From the sequence record MK416008.1: a stretch of 32,010 bases of DNA. The stretch is one strand, 5' to 3'. Position 1 is the stretch's first letter, and each line of letters opens with the position of its first letter. The notes under the pieces are model-generated. The model made no database searches. It had not been told where the DNA came from and saw only the letters and a program-made list of their open reading frames with translations. Source of the DNA: Klebsiella phage ST405-OXA48phi1.3. Position numbers and translations under genes: made by a program. Of the stretch, positions 17,261-26,649 are shown piece by piece.

Positions 17261-17743
17261 ATGCTGATTGTTACCCCGAAAATTGATTTAAATGGCGAGC
17301 GCTGGTTTTATCCCTACAAAAAGCCAGAAGGCAGCAAAAAGGAATTCTCGCCGGAAGAAGAATCGCTGTTCAAACTTCGCCTGCTGGTGGCCAGCAGCGA
17401 GAATCCGCAATATCGCTCTCGTAACGCGCTGGTGCGCCGCCACATCGATAAGATGGACGCAGGTTATAAGGTGGGGACAACGGATTTTAATCTCGCCAGC
17501 GTGGACGATATCGACTCTGTTGATGACCTGCTGATCGATAACGCCGCTCGGTTCCTGCTTAAAGGCTGGGAGGGAGTTGGTCAGTTAGTCGACGGCATAG
17601 AGGTTGCTCTCGACTACACCCCAGAACTTGGGGCCGCCATGCTGAAACAGCACCCGGCGCTATACTGGCTGATACTGGCTGAGGCGGCAAACATTGCTCA
17701 GGGTAAGGAGCAGCAGACTCAGGAAACCGTAAAAAAGCCATAG
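17261..17743 (+). CDS. G: Tail assembly chaperone G.
   Basis: Lies between the major tail and tape measure genes. GGAG SD. It ends 6 nt after an A_AAA_AAG slippery site. Confidence 0.7.
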   Translation: MLIVTPKIDLNGERWFYPYKKPEGSKKEFSPEEESLFKLRLLVASSENPQYRSRNALVRRHIDKMDAGYKVGTTDFNLASVDDIDSVDDLLIDNAARFLLKGWEGVGQLVDGIEVALDYTPELGAAMLKQHPALYWLILAEAANIAQGKEQQTQETVKKP

Positions 17744-18078
17744 AGGCCCAAAAGTGGCTAAAGGAATTCGCCGGCGAACAGGGTGACAAAGCAAAGTGGC
17801 GTAGGGAGAAGCTAAATCTCCCGCCCATTCCAGAGCCTGAAATCGATGCAGTCACTGGGGAGATCCTCAACGCTTACGCCATGATATCGCGCGGCAGGAA
17901 GTATGCCGGCATGGCCGGAGTGCCGCTCCCTCTATCCCTGAATGATATTGAGCTTTATCTGGCATCGCGCACCATCCTGATTGACCGCACTGAGTTTGAT
18001 GCAACAATACTTGCCCTTGATGATGTCTGGAGGGAAGGGTGGGCAGAGGCGCAGAAGAGGGCTAGTAATAAAAAATGA
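17261..18078 (+). CDS. GT: Tail assembly chaperone GT, produced by a programmed -1 frameshift at 17731-17737 (G frame to about 17737, then the -1 frame from 17737 to the stop at 18078, about 272 aa).
   Basis: The -1 frame is open from the heptamer through the 65-aa ORF-track entry 17881-18078. The frame arithmetic is consistent: start coordinates 17225 ≡ 2 and 17881 ≡ 1 (mod 3). Confidence 0.6.
17731..17737 (+). other. Slippery heptamer A_AAA_AAG for a -1 programmed ribosomal frameshift.
   Basis: G-frame codons gtA AAA AAG cca tag. Identical to the dnaX-type heptamer. Confidence 0.75.
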
Positions 18079-18309
18079 GCCTCGGCATCTTCCAGTGACG
18101 GTAAGTAAACTTCAGCGTTATAAAGTGAAAGATACTAACATGTACTTCCGAGCTACTGACTTCTTCATGGCGTACCACAATGATTATGGCTTCACGTGCG
18201 AAGTTCATTCAGCCGTGACTGCAGCACAATTTGTAGGCAGGTTCAGGTTGACTAATCTGAACCAAAGTACATAGAATTCTAGACCCACGTGATAAAGGCG
18301 AAAGTTGGA

Positions 18310-19092
18310 ATGGCTGCAGGCATACCAAAGGAAAAATCTGTTGAGTACATTGAGATGTTCGCAGAAATGCTCAGCACTGGGGCAACTCTCGACGATATCT
18401 CATATCGTCGATTTCTGCGTGAAATTGAACAGATTACATCTCCTTTTTCTGCAACCGCCTTGGGGTTGTTATATGCAGTCGCAGGCAAATTCGAAAAATC
18501 AAATGCTGCTTTCGAAGAAGCAAGTAAAGAGTACGATGATGTTTCTATACCTTACAATCATTTAGTAACTCTACGCTTAACTTGGCAGGACCACTTACTG
18601 AAAGATAGATCATATGAATATGCGGATCGATATGAGTCAAAAAGACTGACATCTCTCGCGTTTTCTTATGCTTACCGATTCGGAGATCGAGATGGTCTTG
18701 TGCGCTATATGGACCGTCATATCAGGCTGCTATCCAATGAGGAGGGCAGGGAATTGGCTGAAAAACATAAAGAAGAATTGCTTTTAGAGTTAGATGACGC
18801 TTACCGCTCTTCAGGTTGTACGCAACAACAATTTGAAACACTAGCCTTGATTATAGGACGCATAGCAAAAGAATTTAATGCTGAGTTAGGGTTGGTTGAG
18901 GTGAGTAGAAGAGGCAATTCTTGCTATGTTGCCGATATTAAAAACAAAGACCCTAGAACGATTGCAGAAATGAATTATGCTTTGGCAGAAGCTGTTTGTG
19001 ATGAGCCACTGCTTGATGATTGTAACCTTATTGGCCGATTCTCTCCTCAACGAGAGTTACACGTGGGAATGACCTATGTCTATCAACAGTGA
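18310..19092 (+). CDS. Hypothetical all-helical protein (about 260 aa), first gene of an AT-rich two-gene operon.
   Basis: ORF-track entry 18289-19092 (GTG). ATG at 18310. Its 3' end overlaps the next gene by 17 nt. No nucleotidyltransferase GSx motif was found. Confidence 0.5.
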   Translation: MAAGIPKEKSVEYIEMFAEMLSTGATLDDISYRRFLREIEQITSPFSATALGLLYAVAGKFEKSNAAFEEASKEYDDVSIPYNHLVTLRLTWQDHLLKDRSYEYADRYESKRLTSLAFSYAYRFGDRDGLVRYMDRHIRLLSNEEGRELAEKHKEELLLELDDAYRSSGCTQQQFETLALIIGRIAKEFNAELGLVEVSRRGNSCYVADIKNKDPRTIAEMNYALAEAVCDEPLLDDCNLIGRFSPQRELHVGMTYVYQQ

Positions 19093-19471
19093 GGATTTCA
19101 TTAGTTCGGCAAAATTCTGCCTCAGCCATGAAAATGAAGTGGGTTACAGAAGTTGCATATCTCGTGCATACTATGGGATGTTTCATGAGGCTATGGCTTC
19201 TCTCACAAATGTCCCTGCTTTTAGTAGCAATCACCATGGCAATCTCATTGGCTATATGACGAATGCTGCAGAATGCAAATCTGAACCTTATGACAAGCGC
19301 AAGTTGAAGGCTATGGGTTATAGCTTAAAACAAATGCGAGACTCAAGAAATGAAGCGGACTATCACATTACTGAAATCACAATAACTAAGGAAATTGCTG
19401 ATGCCGCGATTTTCTCAGCCGAATTGTTTTTTAGTAAATGGACAGCACTAAAAGAAGTTAAAGCATCATAA
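19076..19471 (+). CDS. HEPN-like domain protein (131 aa), a putative RNase toxin or abortive-infection effector.
   Basis: R91-NEADY-H97 (R-x5-H) in the context LKQMRDSRNEADYH, plus an N-terminal ISRAYYGMFHEAMASL helix. Both are characteristic of HEPN (Rx4-6H). Translationally coupled to the upstream gene. Confidence 0.5.
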   Translation: MSINSEDFISSAKFCLSHENEVGYRSCISRAYYGMFHEAMASLTNVPAFSSNHHGNLIGYMTNAAECKSEPYDKRKLKAMGYSLKQMRDSRNEADYHITEITITKEIADAAIFSAELFFSKWTALKEVKAS

Positions 19472-19489
19472 TTGACGTGACTGCGTTTT

Positions 19490-19515
19490 ACCCGCCCCCG
19501 GCGGGTTTTTGCTTT
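19490..19515. terminator. Terminator shared by convergent genes (ACCCGCC-CCC-GGCGGGT plus T5GCTTTT).
   Basis: Read directly between the 19076-19471 (+) and 19527-19997 (-) genes. Confidence 0.7.
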
Positions 19516-19526
19516 TCTGTTTCTTG

Positions 19527-19997
19527 TCATTTTCCAAATAATACGGACAATCCTGCAGTCGTCGCGGTTTGCACCACTGTTTTAAGAGCCTCAGTTGATA
19601 GTTCGCCGAGTGTGGATTTAGCCTTTTCCTTTTGCTCGTCGTTCATGTTGGACATTGCAATAAGGTCTTCGAGGACTACGATAGCTTCTCGATGGAATTT
19701 GATGGTTTGAACGTTCAATATTGCACTAAGCCCACCATCATCCCGAATAAAGTCAATTCCTTTATTCGTTATTTTAGTGTTACCGAGCATAACAATATAA
19801 GCTCCGGACATGACTTGCTCTAAATGACAGTCTATCAACCCATGGTCACGAAGGTAGATAAGGTTTGCTACTAGGTTATCCTCGCTACCAAATGCTGATT
19901 TATAGTGACCTTCTCGCTCATGGTTAATACCATACGGTGATGTTTCATATAGTTCTTTCAGCAGTTCACGCTGTACATTTCTGTCGAACTTATCCAT
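19527..19997 (-). CDS. Hypothetical protein with a DUF2513-like winged-helix N-terminal region.
   Basis: AAGGAA SD on the minus strand. Pattern NLIYLRDHGLID...ITNKGIDFIRDDGG is reminiscent of DUF2513. AT-rich. Confidence 0.45.
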   Translation of the reverse strand: MDKFDRNVQRELLKELYETSPYGINHEREGHYKSAFGSEDNLVANLIYLRDHGLIDCHLEQVMSGAYIVMLGNTKITNKGIDFIRDDGGLSAILNVQTIKFHREAIVVLEDLIAMSNMNDEQKEKAKSTLGELSTEALKTVVQTATTAGLSVLFGK

Positions 19998-20072
19998 GGT
20001 AATTCCTTTGTTGGGGTTTACTCTCTAAGTTACACTGATACAGACGGGGCGAACATCCTGATAAACGATCAG

Positions 20073-20570
20073 GTGATTTTACCACATACGAGTATCGCTG
20101 TTACTCTGAGTGCAAGTATTCATTATGGAGATATGGATGTGAAGATTATCGGATATATAGCTATCGCAATTGGCATTATCTTCGCTGTGTCAGCCTTGTT
20201 TATGGATGTGACAGTGGTTGCTGGTGATGGCTACAGAGTTAACAACCTTGGTTTAATGTCTTCACGACAAAATTACATGATATTTGGCGGGTTCGTAGCG
20301 ATTGCAGGAATCATCATCGCTTTGGTCGGCGAGACGTTCAAACCATCCGCAAGCTCAGTCAAATGTCCATACTGCGCAGAGTTAATAAGCGCTGAAGCGG
20401 TGAAGTGCAAGCATTGCGGAAGTGACGTTACCCCTTTGAAGACAATAGTTCGCGCTGACGAGACTGAGGCCAGTGATAGGCTGGCTGAAGTCAATGTAAA
20501 ATTGATCGCAGGGATTGTGCTGTCGGTCTTTGCGGCGATTATCGGCGCAATAATTTTTCACCGCCAATGA
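20073..20570 (+). CDS. 3-TM membrane protein with a CPYC...CKHC zinc ribbon between TM2 and TM3.
   Basis: ORF track. The likely start is an internal ATG/GTG about 60-66 nt in, preceded by GGAG. Hydrophobic segments IIGYIAIAIGIIFAVSALFM, MIFGGFVAIAGIIIALVG and LIAGIVLSVFAAIIGAIIF. Confidence 0.5.
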   Translation: MILPHTSIAVTLSASIHYGDMDVKIIGYIAIAIGIIFAVSALFMDVTVVAGDGYRVNNLGLMSSRQNYMIFGGFVAIAGIIIALVGETFKPSASSVKCPYCAELISAEAVKCKHCGSDVTPLKTIVRADETEASDRLAEVNVKLIAGIVLSVFAAIIGAIIFHRQ

Positions 20571-20601
20571 ATTAAAAGCCTAACAGTTTCTAAAGCTCTA
20601 A

Positions 20602-20625
20602 CCTCGCTCCGGCGGGGTTTTTTAT
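20602..20625 (+). terminator. Terminator-like hairpin (CCTCGC-TCCG-GCGGGG plus T6) before the tape measure gene.
   Basis: Read directly. One G-U pair. Confidence 0.45.
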
Positions 20626-20642
20626 TGCCTGGAGAAAGGTAA

Positions 20643-23600
20643 ATGGCAGAACAAGAATCACGGCTAGCGATACGCCTGGACAGCTCCGGGGCAGAGAAGC
20701 AGGCTGACAGCCTTACTGTTGCGCTTGATAAGATGACTCAGTCTGGTGATAAGGCTGTAACCAGCATATTCAAAGTGACAAAAGCGACTGACGATGAAAA
20801 AGATGCTCTCAATAAATTACGAGCAGCCATTGATCCGGTTGGTACTGCAATTGATACAGTCGGTCGCCGCTATAGTAAGCTAAAAAAATACTTCGATAAG
20901 GGTCTAATTGACGAGGAAGAGTTTCGTTCGCTGTCTAAGATGCTGAATGACACCACTGAGGAACTAAGTGGTGTTGCACAAGCTCAACGAGAAGCAGAGA
21001 AGGCCAGCAAACTGGCTGCTGTGCAGCAGGAGGCGCAGGCTGATGCATTCCAGAGAATGCTCGATAAAATCGACCCTCTGGCAGCTGCTCTTCGCAATCT
21101 TGAAAAACAACAAAGTGAACTGAATACTGCCTTTAAATCGGGCGCAATTAATACTTCCCAATATGATGTATACAGCAAAAAACTGCAGGAGACTCGTCGG
21201 GAAGTCACTGGCGAAGCGCAAGCCGAGCGCGAGGCTGTAAAAGCACATGATGAGCAGGTAAATGCACTGCGTCGTCTTGAGGCCCAAATAGATCCCGTAG
21301 GTGAAGCATTCCGTCGCCTTAACGAGCAGCAGCGCCAGCTGGATACAGCTAAAACATCCGGGATGCTGTCGCCCCTGGCTTACGATCGCCTCAACAGTAA
21401 ACTTGCAGAATCCCGCGATGCTCTGGAGAAAACCCAGGCGCAATTGGGTAAAACAAGCCAATCTGCAGCTCAGACTGCCAACGCTATGCGCATGATCCCT
21501 GCTCAGATGACCGATATCGTTGTCGGTCTTTCTACCGGGCAGTCACCGTTTATGGTTCTTATGCAGCAGGGCGGTCAGCTCAAAGATATGTTTGGCGGCA
21601 TTGGGCCAGCGATTAAGGGCGTTGGCACATATGTCATGGGTCTGGTTAATCCCTATAGCGTAGCAGCTGCTTCAGTTGGGTTGCTAACTTATGCCGTCTA
21701 TCAGAACCGACAGGAAATTGATGCTGCGACAAAAATAGCCACAACGTCTCTTGGCGCTAACGGAGATGCTGCAGAACGGCTGGCGCTTAATCTGGTTGCC
21801 ATATCTGACAAGACTGGTCAGGCGATTGATGAAGTCAGTAGTATGTTTATAACGACTAATGACGGTGCGAGCGAAGCAATAAATAAGCTTATCGACGTTG
21901 GTTTTAGTTATGACGAGGCAAGGACAAAGGTAGCCCAATACAAGGACTCTGCTAATTTCACCGCCTTGAATGCTGATATTGATAAGCATCGACGGGAGAT
22001 CCTGAAAATAGGTGATTCGTGGACAGCTGCAGCTATTGAGGTCAAAAATTATTACACAGCAGCGGATAAGGGTAGGCAAAACGTAGCGCTTGGTGGCGCA
22101 ATTGACCCTACGATGAGGTTTATCGGCCAGGCATTAGATCTGCAAACCACGATGAACACACTTACCATTGAAGGTAATAAGGCGGTAAAAAATTCCGTTG
22201 ACTGGATTAATAAGGAGTATCTGGCGGCAGACAGGGTTGCCGGTGCAGAAGCTCGGTTAAAGGAGGCAAGAGCACAGTCCAGAAAAATTGCTTTCTCAGG
22301 AAATAAAGAAGCAATCGAACAGGCCAATGCGCTAATTGCTGTAAGAGAAAAGGAACTTGAGCAGGCCAAAAAAGCTGGGCAGCCTAAGACCCACAAAGAA
22401 AAAGCCTATACAGAGGACGCAGCAACCCGGCTGCTTGATCAGATAAACCAGCAGACTGCTGCCATGCAGTCCCAGCTGGATGCCAGTGACAAGCTTAATA
22501 GCGCGACACAGGCTCGGATCAAGTTCGAGCAGCAGATTGCTGACCTCAAATCTAAAACGCAGCTCACCGCTGACCAGAAGTCGATCCTTTCCCGTTCAGA
22601 TGAAATCCTCCAGGCGTATAAGCAGCAGGAGGCACTGCAAAATTCCGTAAAAACCCTGGACGATTATCGGAAGATGCAGGAACAGGTAAAGACGAAGGAT
22701 GAGCGGACCAACGATCTGCTTAAAACCCGTCTTGAACTGCTGGAGAAGGCCAAAGCAACCGGGCAACTAAAACCCGGTGAATATGAAAAAACGCGGGCAG
22801 ATATTTATCAAAACACCGATATGCAACTGCCCTCGACGGTTCGTAATGTTGTAGGAAACCTGACACCCACAGGAGGGCGACTCGCAGGAACTTTTGAGGG
22901 GATGCAGGGGCAAATCAACGAATATGGACAGGCTCAGCAAGAGCTCCAGCGCTGGCTGGCAGCTCAGGAGGAAGCTTATGCGAAGGCCGGTGAAATAACT
23001 GCCGAGGGTGAGGCCAGAATGACCTCTATTCGTCAGCGTGCAGCGGATGCAAATCAGGTCATAGAGGCTCAGAAAAACACCATCATATCTGCGGCCACGC
23101 AGTCCTTGTTTGATAGCACCGCTGAAATCATGCGAACGGGGTTTGGTGAGCAATCGGCAATCTACAAGGTTGCTTTTGCTGCGAGTAAGGCATTCGCTAT
23201 CGCTGACTCGATGGTGAAAATCCAGCAGGCTATAGCAAGCGGTGCAGTAAGCGCGCCTTATCCGGCCAACATCATCGCTATGGCCTCAATCGCTGCACAG
23301 ACTGCCAGTATCGTCTCAAATATCCAGGCTGTGTCAGGAGTTGGCTTCTCCTCCGGCGGTTACACCGGCCCCGGTGGTAAGTATCAGCCCGCGGGTATTG
23401 TTCACAAAGGAGAGTACGTCTTCGACCAGGCGTCAACGAACCGGATCGGCGTGTCTCAGCTTGAGGCACTTCGAAATGGCCAACCGCTTGATGCAACTCT
23501 GGGGCGTACAGGGTTTGGTACTGGTGTTCAGAACGTTAACAGCGATAACCGTAGGCAAACAACTGTACACGCGCCGATTAATCAGGAGTTTCATCTCCAG

Positions 23601-23756
23601 GGTATTACTCCGGAGCAGCTGAGCGCTACACTCAATCAGAATAATCGACAGCTTTCCAGGCAGTTAAAAGGTGAACTCACAAAGGAGGTTACCATGCCAC
23701 AAGGAGCTTTTGGCAACGCTCTAAAAGGAAACTATACACGACACGGTCCTAGGTAA
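20643..23756 (+). CDS. Tail tape measure protein.
   Basis: 1037 aa. Long coiled-coil repeats. GGAGAAAGG SD. Position in the tail module. Confidence 0.9.
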   Translation: MAEQESRLAIRLDSSGAEKQADSLTVALDKMTQSGDKAVTSIFKVTKATDDEKDALNKLRAAIDPVGTAIDTVGRRYSKLKKYFDKGLIDEEEFRSLSKMLNDTTEELSGVAQAQREAEKASKLAAVQQEAQADAFQRMLDKIDPLAAALRNLEKQQSELNTAFKSGAINTSQYDVYSKKLQETRREVTGEAQAEREAVKAHDEQVNALRRLEAQIDPVGEAFRRLNEQQRQLDTAKTSGMLSPLAYDRLNSKLAESRDALEKTQAQLGKTSQSAAQTANAMRMIPAQMTDIVVGLSTGQSPFMVLMQQGGQLKDMFGGIGPAIKGVGTYVMGLVNPYSVAAASVGLLTYAVYQNRQEIDAATKIATTSLGANGDAAERLALNLVAISDKTGQAIDEVSSMFITTNDGASEAINKLIDVGFSYDEARTKVAQYKDSANFTALNADIDKHRREILKIGDSWTAAAIEVKNYYTAADKGRQNVALGGAIDPTMRFIGQALDLQTTMNTLTIEGNKAVKNSVDWINKEYLAADRVAGAEARLKEARAQSRKIAFSGNKEAIEQANALIAVREKELEQAKKAGQPKTHKEKAYTEDAATRLLDQINQQTAAMQSQLDASDKLNSATQARIKFEQQIADLKSKTQLTADQKSILSRSDEILQAYKQQEALQNSVKTLDDYRKMQEQVKTKDERTNDLLKTRLELLEKAKATGQLKPGEYEKTRADIYQNTDMQLPSTVRNVVGNLTPTGGRLAGTFEGMQGQINEYGQAQQELQRWLAAQEEAYAKAGEITAEGEARMTSIRQRAADANQVIEAQKNTIISAATQSLFDSTAEIMRTGFGEQSAIYKVAFAASKAFAIADSMVKIQQAIASGAVSAPYPANIIAMASIAAQTASIVSNIQAVSGVGFSSGGYTGPGGKYQPAGIVHKGEYVFDQASTNRIGVSQLEALRNGQPLDATLGRTGFGTGVQNVNSDNRRQTTVHAPINQEFHLQGITPEQLSATLNQNNRQLSRQLKGELTKEVTMPQGAFGNALKGNYTRHGPR

Positions 23757-23839
23757 GCTAAACTGAATTAGCTGAGACTTGATTAGGTAGGTAAGTCTAA
23801 CAATCTGAGTAGGTGCAAGAAAACACAAGGATCTTATTA

Positions 23840-24175
23840 ATGGAAGCGTTGTTAACATTTACATTTAAAGACTTTATAGCTTTTATGATTCCTCTTTTTA
23901 TTGGCGGACTTATCTTCAATAGGAGACGTAAACGTAAGGAGGTCCGAGTGAAGTTTTCATTTCTTTGGCTTGTTTTGATAGTCGGTGGAATTCTTGAAAT
24001 ATGCGATGATATCTACACAACTTATTCCTATAGGCATAATCATTTATATAATAATGATACGCTTACAACCGTGTTTAACTATGATTTTGCAAAAATTGTT
24101 TTTTGTGGGGTTTTGATCTTTGTTTCTATTGCGCTTCTTCTTCAGGAGTTGCTTTTAAACAAGCAGTCAAATTGA
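23840..24175 (+). CDS. AT-rich moron: 111-aa membrane protein with 3 TM segments and a basic RRRKRK loop.
   Basis: Internal Met of the 120-aa ORF with AAGGAT SD. Very low GC. Own terminator downstream. Confidence 0.5.
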   Translation: MEALLTFTFKDFIAFMIPLFIGGLIFNRRRKRKEVRVKFSFLWLVLIVGGILEICDDIYTTYSYRHNHLYNNDTLTTVFNYDFAKIVFCGVLIFVSIALLLQELLLNKQSN

Positions 24176-24190
24176 CGTATCTTGCCTGTC

Positions 24191-24213
24191 GGCGCATCGC
24201 CATTTTTTATTTT
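24191..24213 (+). terminator. Small terminator (GGCG-CAT-CGCC plus T6AT4).
   Basis: Read directly after the membrane-protein moron. Confidence 0.4.
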
Positions 24214-24233
24214 GACATGGGGCTGTGCCGAAA

Positions 24234-24251
24234 CAATGTAAGCTTACATTG
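24234..24251. promoter_or_regulatory. Perfect 18-bp palindrome CAATGTAAGCTTACATTG, a candidate operator. It lies 17 nt downstream of a perfect TTGACA.
   Basis: Read directly in the AT-rich 315-bp gap upstream of the M-like tail gene. Confidence 0.4.
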
Positions 24252-24489
24252 AAGTCAATAAAATTAATATATTGATAATGCTGTTTTTTTTTATTTCTTT
24301 TAGCTCTTGAGGTGAGTTGGTAAATATATCGCCTTGTGTGTTTTTTTCGATTTAATAAGATTTTTATCTTCGTTAATTTGAACCAAAAAATCAGAGATTT
24401 CTTCGATTCCATCGTGCTTTATTCTGAAATGAATACCCTCCTGAGGTTAATGGTGAAATTTTATTCGAGATACTTTACCGGGAGACTGC

Positions 24490-24963
24490 ATGACTGATAT
24501 CTACTACCCACATGACAGCCTCCCTATGCCATTACAGGAAGGATACGGATTTCAGCCTGTGAGCCCGTTAAAACGAACCCAGTTAACCACCGGTCGCGCG
24601 AGGCAAAGGCGAGCTTTTACGTCCACGCCGACGCAGGCCAGCATCACCTGGTTTATGGAAACCGATGCGCAGGGACTGGCGTTTGAGTCCTGGTTCCGTG
24701 ATGCGTTATCTGACGGGGCTGCATGGTTCATGATGAAACTGCAGACGCCGGCAGGCATTAAGTTTTACAAATGCCGCTTCACAGATATTTATCAGGGACC
24801 GGTGCTGGTGGCCCCGATTTACTGGAAGTACACGGCGACGCTTGAATTATGGGAACGCCCCCTTGCTCCTGCCCCATGGGGTAATTACCCGGAATGGATC
24901 GTCGGCAGCTCACTGCTGGATATTGCGCTGAATAAGGAGTGGCCGAAGCATGACGCAGATTAA
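24490..24963 (+). CDS. Minor tail protein (M-like, position-based).
   Basis: First gene after the tape measure, 157 aa. Overlaps the next gene. Confidence 0.5.
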   Translation: MTDIYYPHDSLPMPLQEGYGFQPVSPLKRTQLTTGRARQRRAFTSTPTQASITWFMETDAQGLAFESWFRDALSDGAAWFMMKLQTPAGIKFYKCRFTDIYQGPVLVAPIYWKYTATLELWERPLAPAPWGNYPEWIVGSSLLDIALNKEWPKHDAD

Positions 24964-25426
24964 ACGCCTCTACGCCAGCTGTGGGCCGGAGGTGATCATT
25001 GAAACGCTGCAGATCACCATTGGTTCTGACGTCCATTATCTTTGCCAGGGTTACGAGAACATCACGGCAACGACGGAGAACAGCGATACCGTAACGTTTA
25101 CCGCCTGCGCAATAGACATTGCGCTGCCGGCGCGCAATGCGGACGGTACGCAAGATTTGAAATTTGCCCTGTGCAATATCGATGGTGTTGTGTCCACGGC
25201 GATCCGCAATGCCCTGGCTAACAGATTGCCTGCATCGCTGACGTACCGGCGTTATATCTCCACGGATTTAGCGGCCCCTGCGGAAGTGCCGTATACGCTG
25301 AAAATCAAGTCGGGCTCCTGGACAGCGACAGAGGTGCAGATCACCGCGGGCTATATGAATGTCCTCGATATGGCCTGGCCGCGTTACCGCTACACGCTCC
25401 CTGTATTCCCCGGACTGCGTTATTAG
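24950..25426 (+). CDS. Minor tail protein (L-like, position-based).
   Basis: 158 aa. Synteny. Confidence 0.5.
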   Translation: MTQIKRLYASCGPEVIIETLQITIGSDVHYLCQGYENITATTENSDTVTFTACAIDIALPARNADGTQDLKFALCNIDGVVSTAIRNALANRLPASLTYRRYISTDLAAPAEVPYTLKIKSGSWTATEVQITAGYMNVLDMAWPRYRYTLPVFPGLRY

Positions 25427-25443
25427 TCTTAACCGGAGGTGGT

Positions 25444-25677
25444 ATGACTGAAGAAAGGATAAAAAGACTTGAATCTGAACTATTACAAGTTCGCTATGAA
25501 ATTGCCGTAATAAAAAAACTACTAATTCCAGATAAAACTCCGGCATGGGCTTTACTTGCGAAAGATATTGCCTATTCTGAGGGGCTAAGACCCTCACCCT
25601 ACGGTGAGGGATACGATATGTGTCGTCTGCTCGAATTACTTTGTAAAATTGGGGTTTTATCGGAGGAGGGTCACTAA
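25444..25677 (+). CDS. Small coiled-coil protein (77 aa) whose 3' end overlaps the 3' end of the TIR gene convergently by 21 nt.
   Basis: Strong GGAGGTGG SD 3 nt upstream of the ATG. AT-rich like the TIR gene. Confidence 0.45.
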   Translation: MTEERIKRLESELLQVRYEIAVIKKLLIPDKTPAWALLAKDIAYSEGLRPSPYGEGYDMCRLLELLCKIGVLSEEGH

Positions 25678-26535
25678 CTGATCCGCTATTTCCTCATATG
25701 TCTGTATTGCGGTATTCATTGCTACCTTATCAGCTAAAGATGGACTAAATTTGATGACTTCTGATTTGGATATTTCGTGCCAGATTGGCAATACCCTTTT
25801 TGTCCCTTCAATTTCAGATGCGATTAATCCGTTTAGTTCATATTCTGTCCATTGTTTTTTAATGAAATTTTTAGATATAACAACTATTCCGAAACGTGAA
25901 TTCGCAAGTCCTTTGTCGATTTTCTTTCTGAGACTGTCGCCCCATGCGAGAGAGAATTCGTCGTACCAGACCTTCACGCCCTGAGATTTCAGGTACTCCG
26001 CAAATGGCCTTACGAACAAGTCTTTATCTTCACTGGCGTGAGAAATAAAAACATCATATTGCGGAGATTCATCTTCATCATTAATGGCATCGTGGATACC
26101 AGTTTTACTGGAGAGCATACGACTATGAAGGGTCCGTATTTGTGAGTCCATTTCTTCTTTAATTTTTTTTTGTAAATCCTGTTGTTCTTTTTCACGTTTT
26201 TTTTGCGCAATTTCCAGCTTTTTGCGCTCGGACTCTTCATCTTTAGTCAATTGTGTCTCATAACGATGAAGTTCAGCAGTTTTATCAGCAATTTTTTTTG
26301 ATAACTCGGCGTTTTTTGCATTGCATTTGGATATGTCGCTTGTATTTCGGGCTATTTGAGACATTTTGGAGGAAACAGTCGATGGGGAAGTTGAACTGGT
26401 GATACTTCTCTGTAACTGGTTAATACTGCTTAGTAGTTGTGCTTCCTTTTTGCTTTCATCCGCTATTTTTTTTCGCAGATCAGCCAGTTCTCTTTGAATC
26501 CTGCTTATCGCTGTCCTGTTTGAGCTGATTGACAT
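25657..26535 (-). CDS. Coiled-coil plus TIR-domain protein (292 aa).
   Basis: C-terminal YDVFISHASEDKDLFVRPFAEYL...SRFGIVVISKNFIKKQWTEYELNGL is a classic bacterial TIR (DVFISH...ED, the IVVxS block, W-x-E-x-EL). The N-terminal ~150 aa are K/E/Q-rich coiled coil. AAAGGAAC SD. AT-rich, on the opposite strand, inside the tail-tip operon. Confidence 0.8.
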   Translation of the reverse strand: MSISSNRTAISRIQRELADLRKKIADESKKEAQLLSSINQLQRSITSSTSPSTVSSKMSQIARNTSDISKCNAKNAELSKKIADKTAELHRYETQLTKDEESERKKLEIAQKKREKEQQDLQKKIKEEMDSQIRTLHSRMLSSKTGIHDAINDEDESPQYDVFISHASEDKDLFVRPFAEYLKSQGVKVWYDEFSLAWGDSLRKKIDKGLANSRFGIVVISKNFIKKQWTEYELNGLIASEIEGTKRVLPIWHEISKSEVIKFSPSLADKVAMNTAIQTYEEIADQLVTLLR

Positions 26536-26649
26536 TTATTGTTCCTTTTAGAGGTATCGCTGTGCTCTGAAAAGAGTACACCAATCAGTAACATCGGAAA
26601 ACCTGGAAGCATCAACAGGGTATTGATTTCGCATCAACGAGGTAATTAC

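Noticed and set aside
16828-17286. 152-aa + strand ORF overlapping the major tail gene in another frame.
   Set aside because: Arg/Ser/Pro-rich shadow frame of the major tail CDS.
20964-22396. Several minus-strand ORFs (165, 74, 131 and 114 aa) inside the tape measure gene.
   Set aside because: They lie antisense within a strongly supported 1037-aa CDS and have low-complexity composition typical of shadow ORFs. No SD.
24167-24412. 81-aa minus-strand ORF in the AT-rich gap after the membrane moron.
   Set aside because: Lys/Arg-rich low-complexity translation of AT-rich DNA. No SD. It overlaps the palindrome and terminator.
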